Positions 1 to 13,000 are shown, counted from the stretch's first letter. The stretch is 64,000 bases of DNA from Mayamaea pseudoterrestris (GCA_027923505.1 BROI01000030.1:186001-250000); one strand, 5' to 3'. The notes: generated by a model from the sequence alone, not told the origin. A program made the numbers and translations.

Positions 1-32
1 TTGTTCAACTAATGAAATTATGTACACGTCTT

Positions 33-452
33 TTACGACTCCATAACTGACTTTGCACTCGGATACAGCGATCCAAGTACAGCTTGTCTCCTCAATACAT
101 CCAACTGCAAACGTCCATCGTGCAGCGCTGCGGTTGCTTCATCGCTGCAGAAAAGAAAGAGGATCAATGAATGAGGTTTGCTGCGCGGAATGCTGTTGAA
201 TTGAGGTATCAGCTAGCCATGGGCCGCCAGCACTCGTTCTACACATAACCATGACAAGCGTTTCTTCAGTTCTTATATGCACTGTTTGAATCACTCGCCA
301 TTGCAAGCAGAACGGTCGGCGTACCTTTTGAGGGTGCGATTCTTGACGAATCCAGCTTTCACTCTACGGATGGCGTACATGCGAAAGTTGTAGTCGTTTA
401 CTGTCTTGGCTTGGCGCATTAATGCACGATATAAAGGTAAAGGAGATGACAT
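33..452 (-). CDS. ISD11: LYR-motif protein ISD11/LYRM4 (mitochondrial Fe-S cluster assembly, Nfs1 partner); 2 exons (452-325, 144-33), 79 aa
   Basis: Exon 1 MSSPLPLYRALMRQAKTVNDYNFRMYAIRRVKAGF has the LYR motif and the ISD11-typical YNFR.YA.RR. A GTACGC donor at 324 and a polypyrimidine-CTGCAG acceptor at 145 splice in frame to SDEATAALHDGRLQLDVLRRQAVLGSLYPSAKSVMES*. Confidence 0.9.
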
Positions 453-1204
453 GCTAATGATAAAATTCGACTCTGAATTGCAGCAAGCTGTTGGTCGTGT
501 GGATTGATGAATGGGAAATGGGAGGCCGAACGAACACTCCACACACTGTCCATGTCTGACAGCGACCCATTTAGCTATCGGCCTCAATTGAAATACGTTT
601 ACGTCGTATTCAAGCATAGCCGGTTATTCGATCACACATTTACAATAATCCACCACAAATAGAAATGGAAAGACTTGCAATACCAGCGCTTGTCTATGTT
701 AGAGTCCATCAACGACGGTTACTCAGCCGCAGCGTTAGCCAAGCTTGGGCAGTCCAAGAGTTTGACTCACCTTTCAAATATCGACTTCAAGGATGATTCT
801 CAAATTATGCCTTCTTTAATCAGGCGATTCATTAGAAAGCTATCAGTGCCTGTGAAGTGTGCCGCCATTAGTGCACTGGTTCCTTTTCCGACGTGCATGA
901 TTGACTTTGAAAACGAGCGCCCATATCACGTGGTTTCGTCAGGCCGACATTACTATATAGTCTACCAATGCAGTTACATCTTAGTTCAAATCAATGGGCA
1001 TGATATTAATGGTAGTCTTGCAAGGCTATACTGGTTGCCATACGAGGGACAGGATAGCATGCTTGCTTGCATTTCTAATTTGGCGGCGATCCAAGTGGCT
1101 ACTCGTCAACCATTCCTGGCTTGATGAGTAAGGACAAAACGGCATGCGTCGTACAACTGAGAGCCCCAGAGTCGAGCAAAAACTCGATAAAAATTTGGAT
1201 CAAT

Positions 1205-1225
1205 AGCAGCAGCAGCAGCAGCAGC
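1205..1225. repeat. (AGC)7 microsatellite just downstream of the PAC3 stop codon
   Basis: Read directly from the sequence. Confidence 0.9.
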
Positions 1226-1229
1226 ACTA

Positions 1230-1715
1230 TCATTCCTGCATTGCATCTCGATACAGTTTGACCAATACATCGAGAATTGCACGAAACATGGCCGGCTCCT
1301 TGCCCTTGGTCTTGTGCAGAGTAATTCCGAGCACAATGGTTAACAGTGGTTGGCCAGCGCCTCGAGCAGTAATAATCTTTTCGCACAGCTGTTGCGCGTA
1401 AACGTTCATAGCAACGTCCTCCCTTGCTCCGAGCAGATTCGTCACTTCATAATGAATTTGCTTCATATGGATAGGCGACTGCGTCGGCTCACACATGACA
1501 AAACTTCCCAAGCTTCCTTGATGCTGCGAGACTCCAAAGACAAGGCGCTCGCGAAAGACTTGAATCCAAACGTCGGTTTGAATGTCATCGATGCGAAACG
1601 ACTTGATGAGAGTGCGAGGGATGGATGAAGGATGCGGGAACACTTCTTGTTCAGAAATAGACGTAGACGTGAGCGTCTTTAAAAGTTCTTCCGGCTCGTT
1701 GAAGTCTTCTGTCAT
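1230..1715 (-). CDS. PSMG3: Proteasome assembly chaperone 3 (PAC3/PSMG3)-like, 161 aa
   Basis: Pattern T.V.IQ.F.ER...GVSQ..G.LGS ... V..LLG.RED....VYA.QL...I ... IVLGI.L resembles the PAC3 family; size fits. Confidence 0.75.
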   Translation of the reverse strand: MTEDFNEPEELLKTLTSTSISEQEVFPHPSSIPRTLIKSFRIDDIQTDVWIQVFRERLVFGVSQHQGSLGSFVMCEPTQSPIHMKQIHYEVTNLLGAREDVAMNVYAQQLCEKIITARGAGQPLLTIVLGITLHKTKGKEPAMFRAILDVLVKLYRDAMQE

Positions 1716-2181
1716 GGTTATAGTGAGGTGAATGATAGCGAACGAGTGGACGTCCCAGCGCCATGGTCGAATGTCGAATGAGGTCGAGCAAAGATTCTAC
1801 AAGCGGGACTGAAAACCTTTATGCGACATCCGTTTCCTTCCTTCACTACTTCAACGGACGTTGCCACACAATCAACGCCATTTCAAGTCGCCAACGCGTC
1901 CAGCATGCTCGCACGACCACTGCCGTTCAACCACTTTCCTTCTAATTACTTGTCGGCTGAGTACATGCGCGCTCTTCCAAATCTTTCTGCAACTCAGAGG
2001 CTGGCAGGGCGAAGGATGACAAAGGTCCGTCTAGGTTTAGATGAGGCTGCTCATTGCGTGACGCTCTTCTTGGCTTCTTGGACCTTTGTCGCTTCCTCGA
2101 TCTAGTTTAAAACGCTACTCAAGATTAGTGTAGTCTACTTTAAGGATACAATCTTTACAAAATCGTCCAGTTTTGCAAAGC

Positions 2182-2880
2182 ATGCGACTGTTTCGAGTCC
2201 AAGGAGGAGCCATCGCAGGTGCGACTCGATTCAATCTGCGAGGATCCAAGAGTCACGCGCGAGGACCATCCGATGAAGACTCGCTTGGGTCATCCATATC
2301 GCCTACTGAGCAATTCGACATTATTGTTCCATTGAAAATGCAACCAGCTACTGCTCCGTGGAAGTTCCTGGGAGACCATCGAGACGATGATACCGACGTT
2401 TCCTCCATTACTACTGACGAATATCGCTACCGACGGCGGAACAGTGCTCATAGTTCATACCAAACTTCCTCTTCCACCTTTTGCTGCTGTTCCAATATGC
2501 CAACCGAGACAGGAACGGCGACGGATAATACGCTCATTGCTTCGCGCTCGCCGCCGCTGTCCGATGATGCAGCTATACGCGATATTTACGAAGCTGACAA
2601 TGTGCAACCGATTCAAAATGGACCAAATGCATACGAGTTTATTAATTACTGCAACCCAATGGGCTGTGAATCTCCAACATTATTGGCATGCCCGTACCAG
2701 CCGTCGGCCAAGCAGACTACAGGCGAGGGACGCTCGTTGAACCGATCCAATTCGCTCTTTGACGCCATTTCAGAGGATGACCAAGACACTGACCAAAGTG
2801 GTACGAATATGAAGAAGTTTGGCAAAACATTGCGACGTGCTATTCCATGGAAACGGAAGCAGCAAACTATTGTCGAGTGA
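2182..2880 (+). CDS. Hypothetical Ser/Asp-rich, probably disordered protein (~232 aa from first ATG at 2182)
   Basis: Long uninterrupted ORF in a gene-dense region with protein-like composition (DDDTDVSSITTDE) and a basic C-terminus. No recognisable domain. Confidence 0.55.
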   Translation: MRLFRVQGGAIAGATRFNLRGSKSHARGPSDEDSLGSSISPTEQFDIIVPLKMQPATAPWKFLGDHRDDDTDVSSITTDEYRYRRRNSAHSSYQTSSSTFCCCSNMPTETGTATDNTLIASRSPPLSDDAAIRDIYEADNVQPIQNGPNAYEFINYCNPMGCESPTLLACPYQPSAKQTTGEGRSLNRSNSLFDAISEDDQDTDQSGTNMKKFGKTLRRAIPWKRKQQTIVE

Positions 2881-3373
2881 AGACGACTGGGACGCGAGTT
2901 GGTGGTTGCCATTGTTGTTTGCATCTTTTGCAATCTCTATCGTCGGCAGTCGGGCATTATACTGACCCAGTTCATTCCATTTTGGTTTAACTTTAAATGC
3001 GTAACGCATATAGACCCCTTGTATTTTAGAGTTGCTGTATTCCCTCACTTGCACTCGAAACCGATATCAGCTGCCGGTGCTCACCCACTTGCATGTCGTT
3101 GCGAGTGCGTCTGCTCGCACATGACGGTCCATTTCATATACACGAGTAGAGAGGCACTAAACGCTTTACAGGATAGAGCGCATTGCTACCGCAAGTGCGT
3201 TACTATAAGTACGTGTTAATCAATCGAGACTAAACTAACGAATTACCGACAAATGTGCGAGAGCATTTACATGCTTCGATCGAATTCAAACTCTGACTAA
3301 ACTGCGACAACATCTCCATCTTCATGAATCCCAACTCAACCAAGTTTTGACAGGAACATCCAATCCTTGTCAT

Positions 3374-4573
3374 CTAGTGCGCCGCTTCCTGCCAGCGCCA
3401 AATCTGGCAAGCATGGCCGTCAAGCTTCTTGGTGCGAACAGCTACATTGTCGTCGTTTTCAATGTTGTCGCAAACAGTCTTCCAGGTACCAGCGACAAAG
3501 CGAGCCTGGGCGCCATTGTCGCCAGGATACAACTGCTTCTTGGCGCCATCCCGAATGCCGTCGGCCATGTGCCACTGCTCAGTCTTGACTTGGAGACACT
3601 TGTAAACGTAGGAACGAGTGCGCTCGACGTCGCTCATGGTAGCTTCATCATCTTCATCCAAGTGAGGCTCCTTGGCCTTGCGCGTGTAGACATAGTGGCT
3701 GACGGTACCGCAAAAGATGCAAACCAAGGGCGCACGCGCAAAGGCCGACCAGAGGAATGATCCAACAAGCTTAATGGCAACGTCCCAAACGAGAAACTTG
3801 GCAAATTTGAATGTTGAAACGCACGCAGTCGTCGCAGTGGAGTGGACGTCGCTTCCATTCAGCAAGCCCGTCACCAAGGAGGCAACCAAGGCAAACGCCA
3901 TGGCCATGACCAGTGGCATGACATGTCCGTCCGCCGCCGTGACTCCCTCCAGCGTGGACTTGCGGTGGGCGACGGTTCCTGGCTTCTTCTTCTTGCTGGC
4001 CATGCGCTCGGCGCGCACCTGGACATCCGAATCACCAGTCTCGTAGCCATCGTCGTCCTCGTCATGGTTCCGCTGGACAAGAGCTGAAGCGAACTTGACG
4101 TGACGGCTGATGAGTGGCGTATGAGTCGTGACTGTCGGGGACGCCATGCCAACAATCTTCTGGCCAGCAACGACTGGAGTCGTCGGAGCAAGCGCAGCCT
4201 TGCGAACTGAAGCTCCCTTGGTCGTGACTGGCTTGATCGTATCTGGCGAAAGGACTGTCTTCTTGAGTGCCTTGGAGCGAGTGGTGGGAGTTGCCGCCAA
4301 TGGCGAAACGTACGGCGTGGCAGCCGCGGCGGCCTGACGACGCTTGGCCGGAGAAGACTTTTTGGCAGACGCCGGCTTGTAGGCAAAGGGAGTAGCAGCG
4401 ACAGCAGTAGGAGCATTGACGGGCTTCTTGGTCGTGAAGGCTTGGGCATTGCGTACAGCAATCTTGTGCTGCTCCTCGGTCAGTGGGACGACTGGAGGAA
4501 GGTCGTCAACCGCAACGCGACGAGCCTTGGGCGATTGCTTGGCGCTGGCAGCAGTCTTGCGAGGAGTAACCAT
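3374..4573 (-). CDS. Man1/Src1-like inner nuclear membrane protein (basic S/T-P-rich N-terminus, two TM segments, C-terminal MSC/winged-helix-like domain)
   Basis: Likely start MVTPRK at 4573. Lys/Pro/Thr-rich N-terminus, hydrophobic segments (VMPLVMAMAFALVASLVTGLL; PLVCIFCGTVSHYVY) and C-terminal W..V...I..D..V......DG....IWRW typical of Man1-Src1p-C-term domains. Confidence 0.6.
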   Translation of the reverse strand: MVTPRKTAASAKQSPKARRVAVDDLPPVVPLTEEQHKIAVRNAQAFTTKKPVNAPTAVAATPFAYKPASAKKSSPAKRRQAAAAATPYVSPLAATPTTRSKALKKTVLSPDTIKPVTTKGASVRKAALAPTTPVVAGQKIVGMASPTVTTHTPLISRHVKFASALVQRNHDEDDDGYETGDSDVQVRAERMASKKKKPGTVAHRKSTLEGVTAADGHVMPLVMAMAFALVASLVTGLLNGSDVHSTATTACVSTFKFAKFLVWDVAIKLVGSFLWSAFARAPLVCIFCGTVSHYVYTRKAKEPHLDEDDEATMSDVERTRSYVYKCLQVKTEQWHMADGIRDGAKKQLYPGDNGAQARFVAGTWKTVCDNIENDDNVAVRTKKLDGHACQIWRWQEAAH

Positions 4574-4882
4574 GCTGGTAGATGGACAAGGAATCAATAG
4601 TAGTATAAAGTAACGGGGCCTTTTTCGCTTGATAGCAACAACAACGGGTGAGCGATGGCGTCGAACGAGAAAAGTGAGGAGGCTGGGTGGAAGTCGTTGG
4701 TTCGCTTCGCCAAAAAGGTGAAAGTCGTTCCGGTACACCCAGTTTCGCTGCGACTTCTTATTGTCGCGGATTCATCGGCCATCCGTTTTTTCCTTCCTCC
4801 AATTTCCGTCGACTCTACCAAACAAACCTCCTTCCTATATTGTACCTGCAACAAGCTCCTAACCTGCGTACATACATAAATC
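4574..4882. promoter_or_regulatory. Short (309 bp) divergent intergenic region, probable bidirectional promoter
   Basis: Lies between head-to-head starts of the Man1-like gene (4573, -) and TTC4 (4883, +). Position only; no motif identified. Confidence 0.45.
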
Positions 4883-6608
4883 ATGGTCTCGATTAGTCGT
4901 GCCGATGCTGTTGATCAGTTTAATGACATGATGAACGCCATGGCAGAGACCAAGGCGGAGATTGAAGCTACGAATGCAGCTACAGCATCGTCGTCGTCGG
5001 CCAAGAAGCTCGACAAGCACGACCAATTACTCTCGCAGGCGATTGAAATGGCCATTGAGCAAGGCCGCGGATGGTCACCGGGAGAGAAGGAGGACTACTT
5101 GAAGAAGATTTTGGATGACGACTTTATTCCGCCGTACTTCGCCGGCAATGAAAAGGAAATGGAGGAGACGGGCTTGACGGAAGCCTTTACGTCACTCATT
5201 TACGACGGCGAGTCTCCCACGTCGCTCATGCTGCAATTTCGCAAGAAGGGAAACGATGCTTACAAGAATGGAAGATTGAATCAAGTTGGAAACCTGCAGT
5301 GGTTTCGCGACGCACTCAATCACTACTTGGAATCGCTGGCGTGGGCGGAAAAAATTGTTCCACTCTTTGCGGGTGACTATGCGCAGGCGGATACCGACGA
5401 TCCAACCTATACACCGGATGAACTTGCCGATGAAAGGAGTAAGCTATTGTCCAATATTGCACTCATGCACTGCGAGTTGAAGAATTGGGGCATGATGCGC
5501 GACGATTGCAAGCGGGCTCTGGAATGCAGTGTCAGAAACATCAAGGCGTGGTTTCGACTCGCCAAGGCGCAACAAATGATGCATCATTATGAAGCTGCGG
5601 GCGATGCAATTGATAAGGGACTAGCGTTGGACGCTAATAATGCAGACTTGCTGAAACTAAAAAAGCAATTGGAGCAAAAGATTCAGCGCGCTCGAAAAGT
5701 ACGACAGCAGCGCGAGCGTGCTCGGGCCGAGCGACAAGCTCACATTCAACGCGTCTGGAAGCATTGTCAGCAATCTGCCATAAAACTTGGTCGAGTGCCA
5801 CTGGTGGCAAGCACGACGGACGAGGAGGAGGATGACGTTGACGCCGATCGCATGGAATCTCAATGGCATCAGCATCTTCCCAACGCCGGCAAGGTTCCAC
5901 AAGTGGTTGACATCGGAACCTGCTGGACTTGGCCATGCATGTTCTTGTATCCCTCACATCGTCAGTCCGACTTTATTGAGCGCTTTGACGAGTCGGAAAT
6001 GCTGGCAGTGCGCATGGCGCAAATGTTCCCCGAGTTGGAAGAGACGGACGACACAACTGTGTCATGGGACTTTAATAATGAGTTTGTCTGCAGCCAACTC
6101 GCCGTATACTTTGAGGTGCATGGTGCGGAGCAAGAAAATGATAAAAAGGCAGTCGTGCATCCGGAGAGTGTGCAGGTGCTGCATGATCAATCCTCATGTA
6201 TGCGATTCTACGAGGCATGTCGGGCACTCCGGGGCGACGAAGGTGAGGACATTGGCAACGTTGTAAGAGCAGTGGAGCGAAGAAATCTGCATCGACAGCG
6301 TCAAATTTGGAACGAAACGCATGGCAGTCTTTGGGCCAAACCAAAGCCTAACTCGGTGGTGCGCGTGCATCCAGCCATGACGCTACGAGACGTTTTGGTT
6401 CATTCGAAAATGGTGGTTCCAAACGTAAGTACTACCTTTGACAGCGTTGCCGGTTCCAAAATGTGTGTACCATGATCAGCGCTAACAAGTCACATGATTA
6501 TTTCAGTTCATTGTAACGTTCATTGTCTTCCCCGAGGACCATCCTTCCCATGCCGCGTACTTGAAGGAGCATGAGTGCGTGGAAATTTTGCAACCGGCGG
6601 CTGAATAA
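4883..6608 (+). CDS. TTC4: TPR co-chaperone TTC4/Cns1 with C-terminal wheel domain; 2 exons (4883-6424, 6507-6608), 547 aa
   Basis: TPR motifs (FRKKGNDAY, LLSNIALMHCELKNW, NIKAWFRLAKA) followed by the wheel-domain motif WPCMFLYPSHRQSDFIERFDE. An 82-nt intron (GTAAGT at 6425, CTAAC branch at 6482, TTTCAG ending 6506) restores the frame to FIVTFIVFPEDHP...AE*. Confidence 0.85.
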
Positions 6609-6671
6609 CTTTGAGCTTCAATCATAGTAGCAGCTAAAGAACAGTAATGATTATACTAATATGTCAGCATG

Positions 6672-8393
6672 TTAAAATTCAGGGGTGTAAAGGAATCGAA
6701 GAATAAAGGGCATGGACACTTGCGTCATGAAGAGAAAGAACGGACCCACCAATGGAATGGTCATCATTTTATCAAAATCAACCAAAAGGTCGGAACCTAG
6801 CTGTGCCAGGATTTGGATAATGGTGGTTCGAGGAATGCGCTTCTTAAAGTACGTCTGTAACGCACCTTCCACGTCACTTGTGTGCTTGACTGTCGCAAGT
6901 TCCTCGGCCAATCGATAACCATCCTCTGTCGCTTGGCAGCCGCCTTGTCCAAGATTGGGCATCATTGGATGTGCCGCGTCTCCGCAAATAGCAACTGGAC
7001 CTCGAGCCCATCCTTGCATCAACAATGGACTTCCATCGTACAAGTCTCGTCGCTTGATGTCCTTTTCAGGTGTTGCACGGAAGAGCTCATGCGCAAAATC
7101 GTCCCATACGTCTCCGTTCTGGTCTCCCGGTTCTTGGTTATTGAACTCATTCAACAGTCGGTTTAATTTTGGCGATGGATTGTCAGCTGTTGGTTCCGGA
7201 TCAACTCCACCCGCTGGTTCCCGAATCAAAGCAAACCATTGCTGCCGCTCACCTCCACCATCCGTACTGACAAAGTACTTGTCCTTGCCCAGTAATATTT
7301 GATAGGAAACTTCCTCAATGTTACTCGCCCTGTGTTCCGTTAGTGCCGCGTAGCAAGTGAACCCCGAATACCGTCGATTGGCATTCGTTGCCATCAACAC
7401 ACTATCCTTGGCCATTCGCCTGGCTTCCGCTTCGTTCAAGGCTCCACCAGCCGCTCCACTGGCAGCATATCCATCGGCCCCTGCGTTGAGCTCGTGCATA
7501 ATGCGTCGTGTTGAGCTCCAGATGCCGTCGGCTCCAATCAAAACGTCGGCATGTGCAATGCTTCCATCCTCAAGAGTAATCTTGACACCCATGCCATCGC
7601 CCAGCTCCTCATAATTGGCAATGCGACTCTTGATGCGGACAGTTCCTTCTGGAATGCCGTGGTTCAATAAAATCTGCTGAATAACGGGTCGATCAACAAC
7701 TACTGTTGGCGGGAGACCCGCCTGTAGTGCAGGTTGAAGCGTATCGAATCGAACCAGCCAGTCGCCCTTTTCGTACTGCTTGCCGAGTCCTAGAAAGACT
7801 CCCTTTTTGTAACCAATCTTGAGTCCACTAATGCGATCAGCCGTGACAGTTCCTGCCTTGATAATCTCTTGGTAAATGGTTGGATTGATCCGTTCCAGTG
7901 CGCGGAGTGCATTGGATTGTATCTGAATCGGCCCGCCATAGGGAGCGTACTGACTCGCCTGCTCAAAAATTTGCACCTTCATGCCTTTGCTGTGACATGC
8001 GGCTGCTGCCACTAGTCCAGCGACGCCTCCGCCAGCAACGACGACTCGAAGAGGATCGTCTTTGGAAATTGATCGTCGTGGTTCAGGCACAGGAGTTCGC
8101 CACCATTCGTCGCCCGTGTCAGCCTGAGCGCATCCTTTTGCTTGGGCTGCATCTTGACTCGCTCGCTTGAAACGTTCTCGGACTTGTGATACGCGATCTA
8201 ATGTTTCTGGTGTTCGAACAGGCGGCTCCATTAGTGCAGCACTGAGACGCGTAGTTGATAGTGTCGAGTGACAGCGTATTAAAGGAGACGACGAGCAAGA
8301 CTTCGTCTGCACCGGTAGCTGCTGCTGATGTAGCGGTTGAAAGCCTTCAATGGCGGACAAAGCTGCGAGAAGACAAAGTGCAGACACCTTCAT
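6672..8393 (-). CDS. ZEP1: Plastid-targeted zeaxanthin epoxidase family FAD monooxygenase, diatom ZEP1-like, 573 aa
   Basis: FAD motif [12 protein letters not shown] motif [12 protein letters not shown] motif [11 protein letters not shown] motif [22 protein letters not shown]. Signal peptide ending IEG|FQP (ASAFAP-like) plus transit peptide. The ZEP1 paralogue call rests on recalled similarity to Phaeodactylum ZEP1 and is less certain than the family call. Confidence 0.9.
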   Translation of the reverse strand: MKVSALCLLAALSAIEGFQPLHQQQLPVQTKSCSSSPLIRCHSTLSTTRLSAALMEPPVRTPETLDRVSQVRERFKRASQDAAQAKGCAQADTGDEWWRTPVPEPRRSISKDDPLRVVVAGGGVAGLVAAAACHSKGMKVQIFEQASQYAPYGGPIQIQSNALRALERINPTIYQEIIKAGTVTADRISGLKIGYKKGVFLGLGKQYEKGDWLVRFDTLQPALQAGLPPTVVVDRPVIQQILLNHGIPEGTVRIKSRIANYEELGDGMGVKITLEDGSIAHADVLIGADGIWSSTRRIMHELNAGADGYAASGAAGGALNEAEARRMAKDSVLMATNANRRYSGFTCYAALTEHRASNIEEVSYQILLGKDKYFVSTDGGGERQQWFALIREPAGGVDPEPTADNPSPKLNRLLNEFNNQEPGDQNGDVWDDFAHELFRATPEKDIKRRDLYDGSPLLMQGWARGPVAICGDAAHPMMPNLGQGGCQATEDGYRLAEELATVKHTSDVEGALQTYFKKRIPRTTIIQILAQLGSDLLVDFDKMMTIPLVGPFFLFMTQVSMPFILRFLYTPEF

Positions 8394-10064
8394 CCTCGCT
8401 TAAGATAAATCAAGAGTAGATACAACAGAAGCACCTCTTCGTAGAATCGATCGATGATGGTTTTGATTTCACGTCGCGCAAAAGGATCGTTCTTTACTTC
8501 AATCGCAAACTAATGTCGTAGCGTTTCTGACTGATGGCGGCGTTTATGTTTCCGCAATCGCAGCCCGGTTTTGACGTGCGCATAAACCATAGTCCCAAGT
8601 CAACACGTATCTTTGTAACGAAGTACAATTGCGAGCGCCTCTTGTTTCGCTCACGCGTAATCTCGTCCACGATTCTCCACCTGCAGACTGAGACCTTTGC
8701 TCGCCCAACCTGTAGCAAAGACTCTCCTACTATCAACAGTCAGGTAGACTCGCTTACAATCCGACAGATCTACGCGCTGCCTAGAAAAACAAGGTTTTCT
8801 TGCATTTCTTCTTGTCACGAAGTTCACGGCAGCACCTTTGACGACGCCAAGCAGTCATTACGGCTAATAGTCTATCGAATAAAAACTACCATTATAATGA
8901 AGCGGAGCTCTAGCAATACCGATAGCTTGCGCGGCAGTCGCAGCAGTGACTTGTCCGTCATGGCGTTTGTGTGCCATCAAGCACCAGCAACAGCAACAAG
9001 TTCGCATTTGGCACGCGTCAGATACCCTTTTCGCATACAAATCAAATGCAGCTACAAACTTATCAAACCAATTCGCGAAGCAACCCGTTTCCGTGTGATC
9101 ATTACGGAAAGTTTTAACGGGCTTTGCTGCCGGGCTATTAGCGGCTTCCAGTGCATTTTCCTCACCGGTCTTGGCCAGGAGATGAGTTATCCGCAAAGTA
9201 CTTTGTGGGTCTTGATACGTCACCTGGTTGATCAAACCTGCCTTGGTGACAAATGTTCGTAAGCCAAGGCTTGTCACAGCTGACGATCGATTGTCGCGAG
9301 GATTGACGTGCACAGCCAAATTCGCGGTGACAATGCCTGCATAAGCTTGAGGTGTATGGCACGCTACGGCAATTCAATTTGGATCACCTTTTGAAGTGCA
9401 CCATTGAAAATACCATATGAGTGCATCAAAGTTGCTATTCTACCGGGAGGTATAGAGCGCTATGGTGAGGAACCTCGCGCGCCAACTCCGACGGTCAACA
9501 ATTTTGGTCACTCTCATTTGGGTTCTGGTACAAGGTAGTTGGATACAATCCGACTATGACTGCTACGCCGCAGCGAAATACGTTCACTCTTCCACAATCG
9601 CATCCAACCGTCTTTCGCGAAGCAATCGACTCCAAGTGGATGTGGGTTTAGCATGCCGCACTTGTTGCCGGATGGTTCTACCGCCGCCCACCAATGTGCG
9701 CGAACTCATTCAGTTTCGCGATGAACATTTGATAGGGAGTACCTCGATCGGACTGAATGACTATAATCACTCGAGAGACAATGGTCTTTGACAATGTCCA
9801 AAACCCACTGGAGAAACTTATTTCTGGGCAAGGAACGGATCGAGAGGTCAGCTCACTCACGAACGGCGCAGTGAAGGCGAAATGTTCGGGCTGGGTAAGT
9901 GCCATTGAATGAGAATGCATATGCAGGAGTCTTAATCATCATTTCGAGCACTGTCAACTAACTCCATTGTCCTCCTCTCGGCCGAATTCTACCGGAAAAA
10001 TTGGTACATTATCGGCGAGAATGATCCAGGCATGGATAATTTAAAATTTGTCTACTATAATGGT

Positions 10065-13000
10065 AAGACGGGTATGCCTGACTAGTGTGTCTCCAGAGGA
10101 TGGTAATGATATTGGTGACAACTTGTTGTCGCAGTCTCAACTCTGCAGATGCCGTGACATTCAAATACTACCAGGTTCCAAATGGCACCAGAATGGGTAC
10201 CTTTCGTAGGCTGCGCTGCAAGGTTCTTGTTTCGGGGGGACAGCAATGACGTGGTGACAACTTGTCTGCCAGTCTCAGCCTGCGGATGCTGTGACATTCA
10301 CGCCTTCTGCAGGCCATGAATATACCCAAATGACACCAGATTGGTGCCATCATCTATTCAGCTGCGCTACAGATGGTATGCCTGGCTAGTGTCTCAGGGA
10401 CAGCAATGACATTGGTGACAACTTGTCACCAGTCTCAGCCTTCAGATGCCGTGACATTCAAAACTTCTGACAGTCCATGTATACACCCAAATAAACACCA
10501 GAATGGTGCCAATATCATTATTCAAATTGCTACAAATGGTATGCTAGCTATTGTCTCAGGGGACAGCAATGATATTGGTGACAACACATCTCCAGTCTCA
10601 GCCTGCAGATCCCGTGACATTCAAGCGCCCCCTACAGCAGGCCATGTATGCAACCAGATAACACCAGAATGGTGCCAGCATCTTCCTTCAGGCTGCTGCA
10701 AGTGGTATGCCTGGATATTGTCTCAGATGGCAATGATATTGGTGACAACTTGTCACCGATCTCCATCCAGATGCCGATGACATTCCAAACGTACAGTAAG
10801 CCCGCAGGTCCAAAATACACCGATGGTGCCCAACATCATTATTCAGGCTGCGCTACAAGATGGTATACCTGGCTAGTGTCTCGGGGGATGGCAATGATAT
10901 TGGTGACAACTTGTCACCAGTCTCAGCCTGCGAATGCCGTGACATTCAAACGCCCTGGCAGGCCATGTATATACCCAAATGCCGCAGAATATTGCCAATA
11001 TCATTATTCAAGCTGCCCACACAAGATGGTATGCCTGGCTGGTGTCTCAGGGACGGCAATGATATTAGTGACAACTCTCACCGGAGCTGCAGATGCGTGA
11101 CATTCAAACGCCCTTACAGCCAGGCCATGTATACACCCAAATGACACCAGAATGGGTGTAACATCATGGCCAGGCTGAGCAACAAGATGGTATGCCTGGC
11201 CCTGTGTCTCAGGGGCGGCAAGAACCTTGTTCCGACACAAACCACAGCAGGCCCTGTGGTGCCCAAAATACACCAGAATATTGCCAACATCATTATTCAG
11301 GCTCTACAAATGGTATGCCTGGCTAGTGTCTCCAGGGGATGGCAATGATATTGGTGACAACATCCGCAGTCTCAGCCACTACTGAATGCCGTGACATTCA
11401 AATGCCCCTACAGCAGGCCATGTATCCTTAGATGACGCCAGAATGGTGCCATCATTATTCAGGCTGCGCCACGAGTGGGTATGCCTGGCTAGTGTCTCCA
11501 GGGGACGGCAATGGGTGACAACTTGTCACCAGTCTCAGCTCCTCACAGATGCCGCGTGTGTGCTGTGTATATAGCATTCACTACAGCAGGCCATGCTATA
11601 CACCCAAATGACACCAGAATGGTGGCAACATTATTATTCAGGCTGCCCTGGTTGCCTGGCTAGTGTCTCAGGGGCCCGGCAATCATATTGATGACATTGT
11701 TGGTCTGAGCCTGCAGATGCTAGTGACGTTCAAACGCCCCCTACAGCAGGCCCGCAGGTCCCAAAATACACCAGAATGGTGTACATCATTAATCAGGCTG
11801 CGCAACAAGATGGTATGCCTGGCTAGTGACTCAGGGAGTGGCAATGACATTAGTGACAACTTGTCACCAGTCTCAGTCTTCAGATGCCGTGACATTCAAA
11901 CGCGCTACAGCAGGCCATGAATGCAAATGACACCAGAATGGTGCCAGCATCATTTTCAGGCTGCGCTCGGTATCGTGGCTAGTGTCTAGGGGACGGCAAT
12001 GATATTAGTGACAGCTTGTCTGATCTCCAGCCTGCCAGATGCCGTGACATTCAAACGCCCCTACAGCAGGCCATGTAGTACCCAAATAACACCAGAATTG
12101 TGCCAACATCATTATCCAGGCTGCGCAACAAGATGGTATGCCTGGCTAGTGTTCAGGGGATGGCAATGAGATTGGTGACAACTTGTCACCAGTCTCAGCC
12201 TCCCAGATGCCGTGACAATTCAAAGCCCCTACAGCAGGCCATGTATATACCCAAATGACACCAGAAATGGTGCCAACATTATTATTCAGGCTGCGCTACA
12301 AGATGCGTATGTCTGGCTAGTGTCTCAGGAGACGGCAATGATATTGGTGACAACTTGTCACCAGTCTCAGCCCGCAGATGCCGTGACATTCAAACGCCCC
12401 TACACAGCAGGCCATACAGTATAACCCAAATGACACACCAGAATGGTGCCATCATCATTATTCAGGCTGCGCTACAAGATGGTATACCTGGCTAGTGTCT
12501 CAGGGGAATGGATGAATTGGTGACAACTTATCACCAGTCTCAGCCTGCAGATGCCGTGACATTCAAACGCCCCTACAGCCCAGGCCATGTATATACCCAA
12601 ATGTCACCAGAATGTGCCAACATCATTATTCAAGCTCGTTACAAGATGGTATGCCTGGCTAGTGTCTCGGGACCAGCAATGATATTGGTGACAACTTGTC
12701 ACCAGTCTCAGCCCGCAGATGCCGTGACATTCAAACGCCCCTACAGCAGCCCTGTAGTACACCCAAAATACACCAGAATGGTGCCAACATCATTATTCAG
12801 GCTGCGCTACAAGATGGTATGCCTGGCTAGTGTCTCAGGGAAGGTAATGATATTGGTGACAATCTTGTCACCAGTCTCAGCCTGCAGATGCCGTGACATT
12901 CAAATGCCCCTACAGCAGGCCATGTATACACCCAAATGACACCAGAATGGTGCCAACATCATTATTCAAGTGCAACAAGATGGTATGCCTGGCTAGTGTC

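Noticed and set aside
453..617. N-terminal extension of the ISD11 ORF (likewise 4574-4738 for the Man1-like ORF)
   Set aside because: ISD11 similarity begins at the downstream ATG 452, and for the Man1-like ORF protein-like composition begins at ATG 4573; the extensions look like open UTR/promoter sequence.
675..1124. 149-aa ORF between ISD11 and PAC3
   Set aside because: Non-ATG start in the track and no recognisable domain; cannot be supported.
8494..9920. ORFs 8534-9262, 8864-9319 and 9462-9791 upstream of ZEP
   Set aside because: No recognisable motifs, overlapping on opposite strands, and composition not convincingly protein-like.
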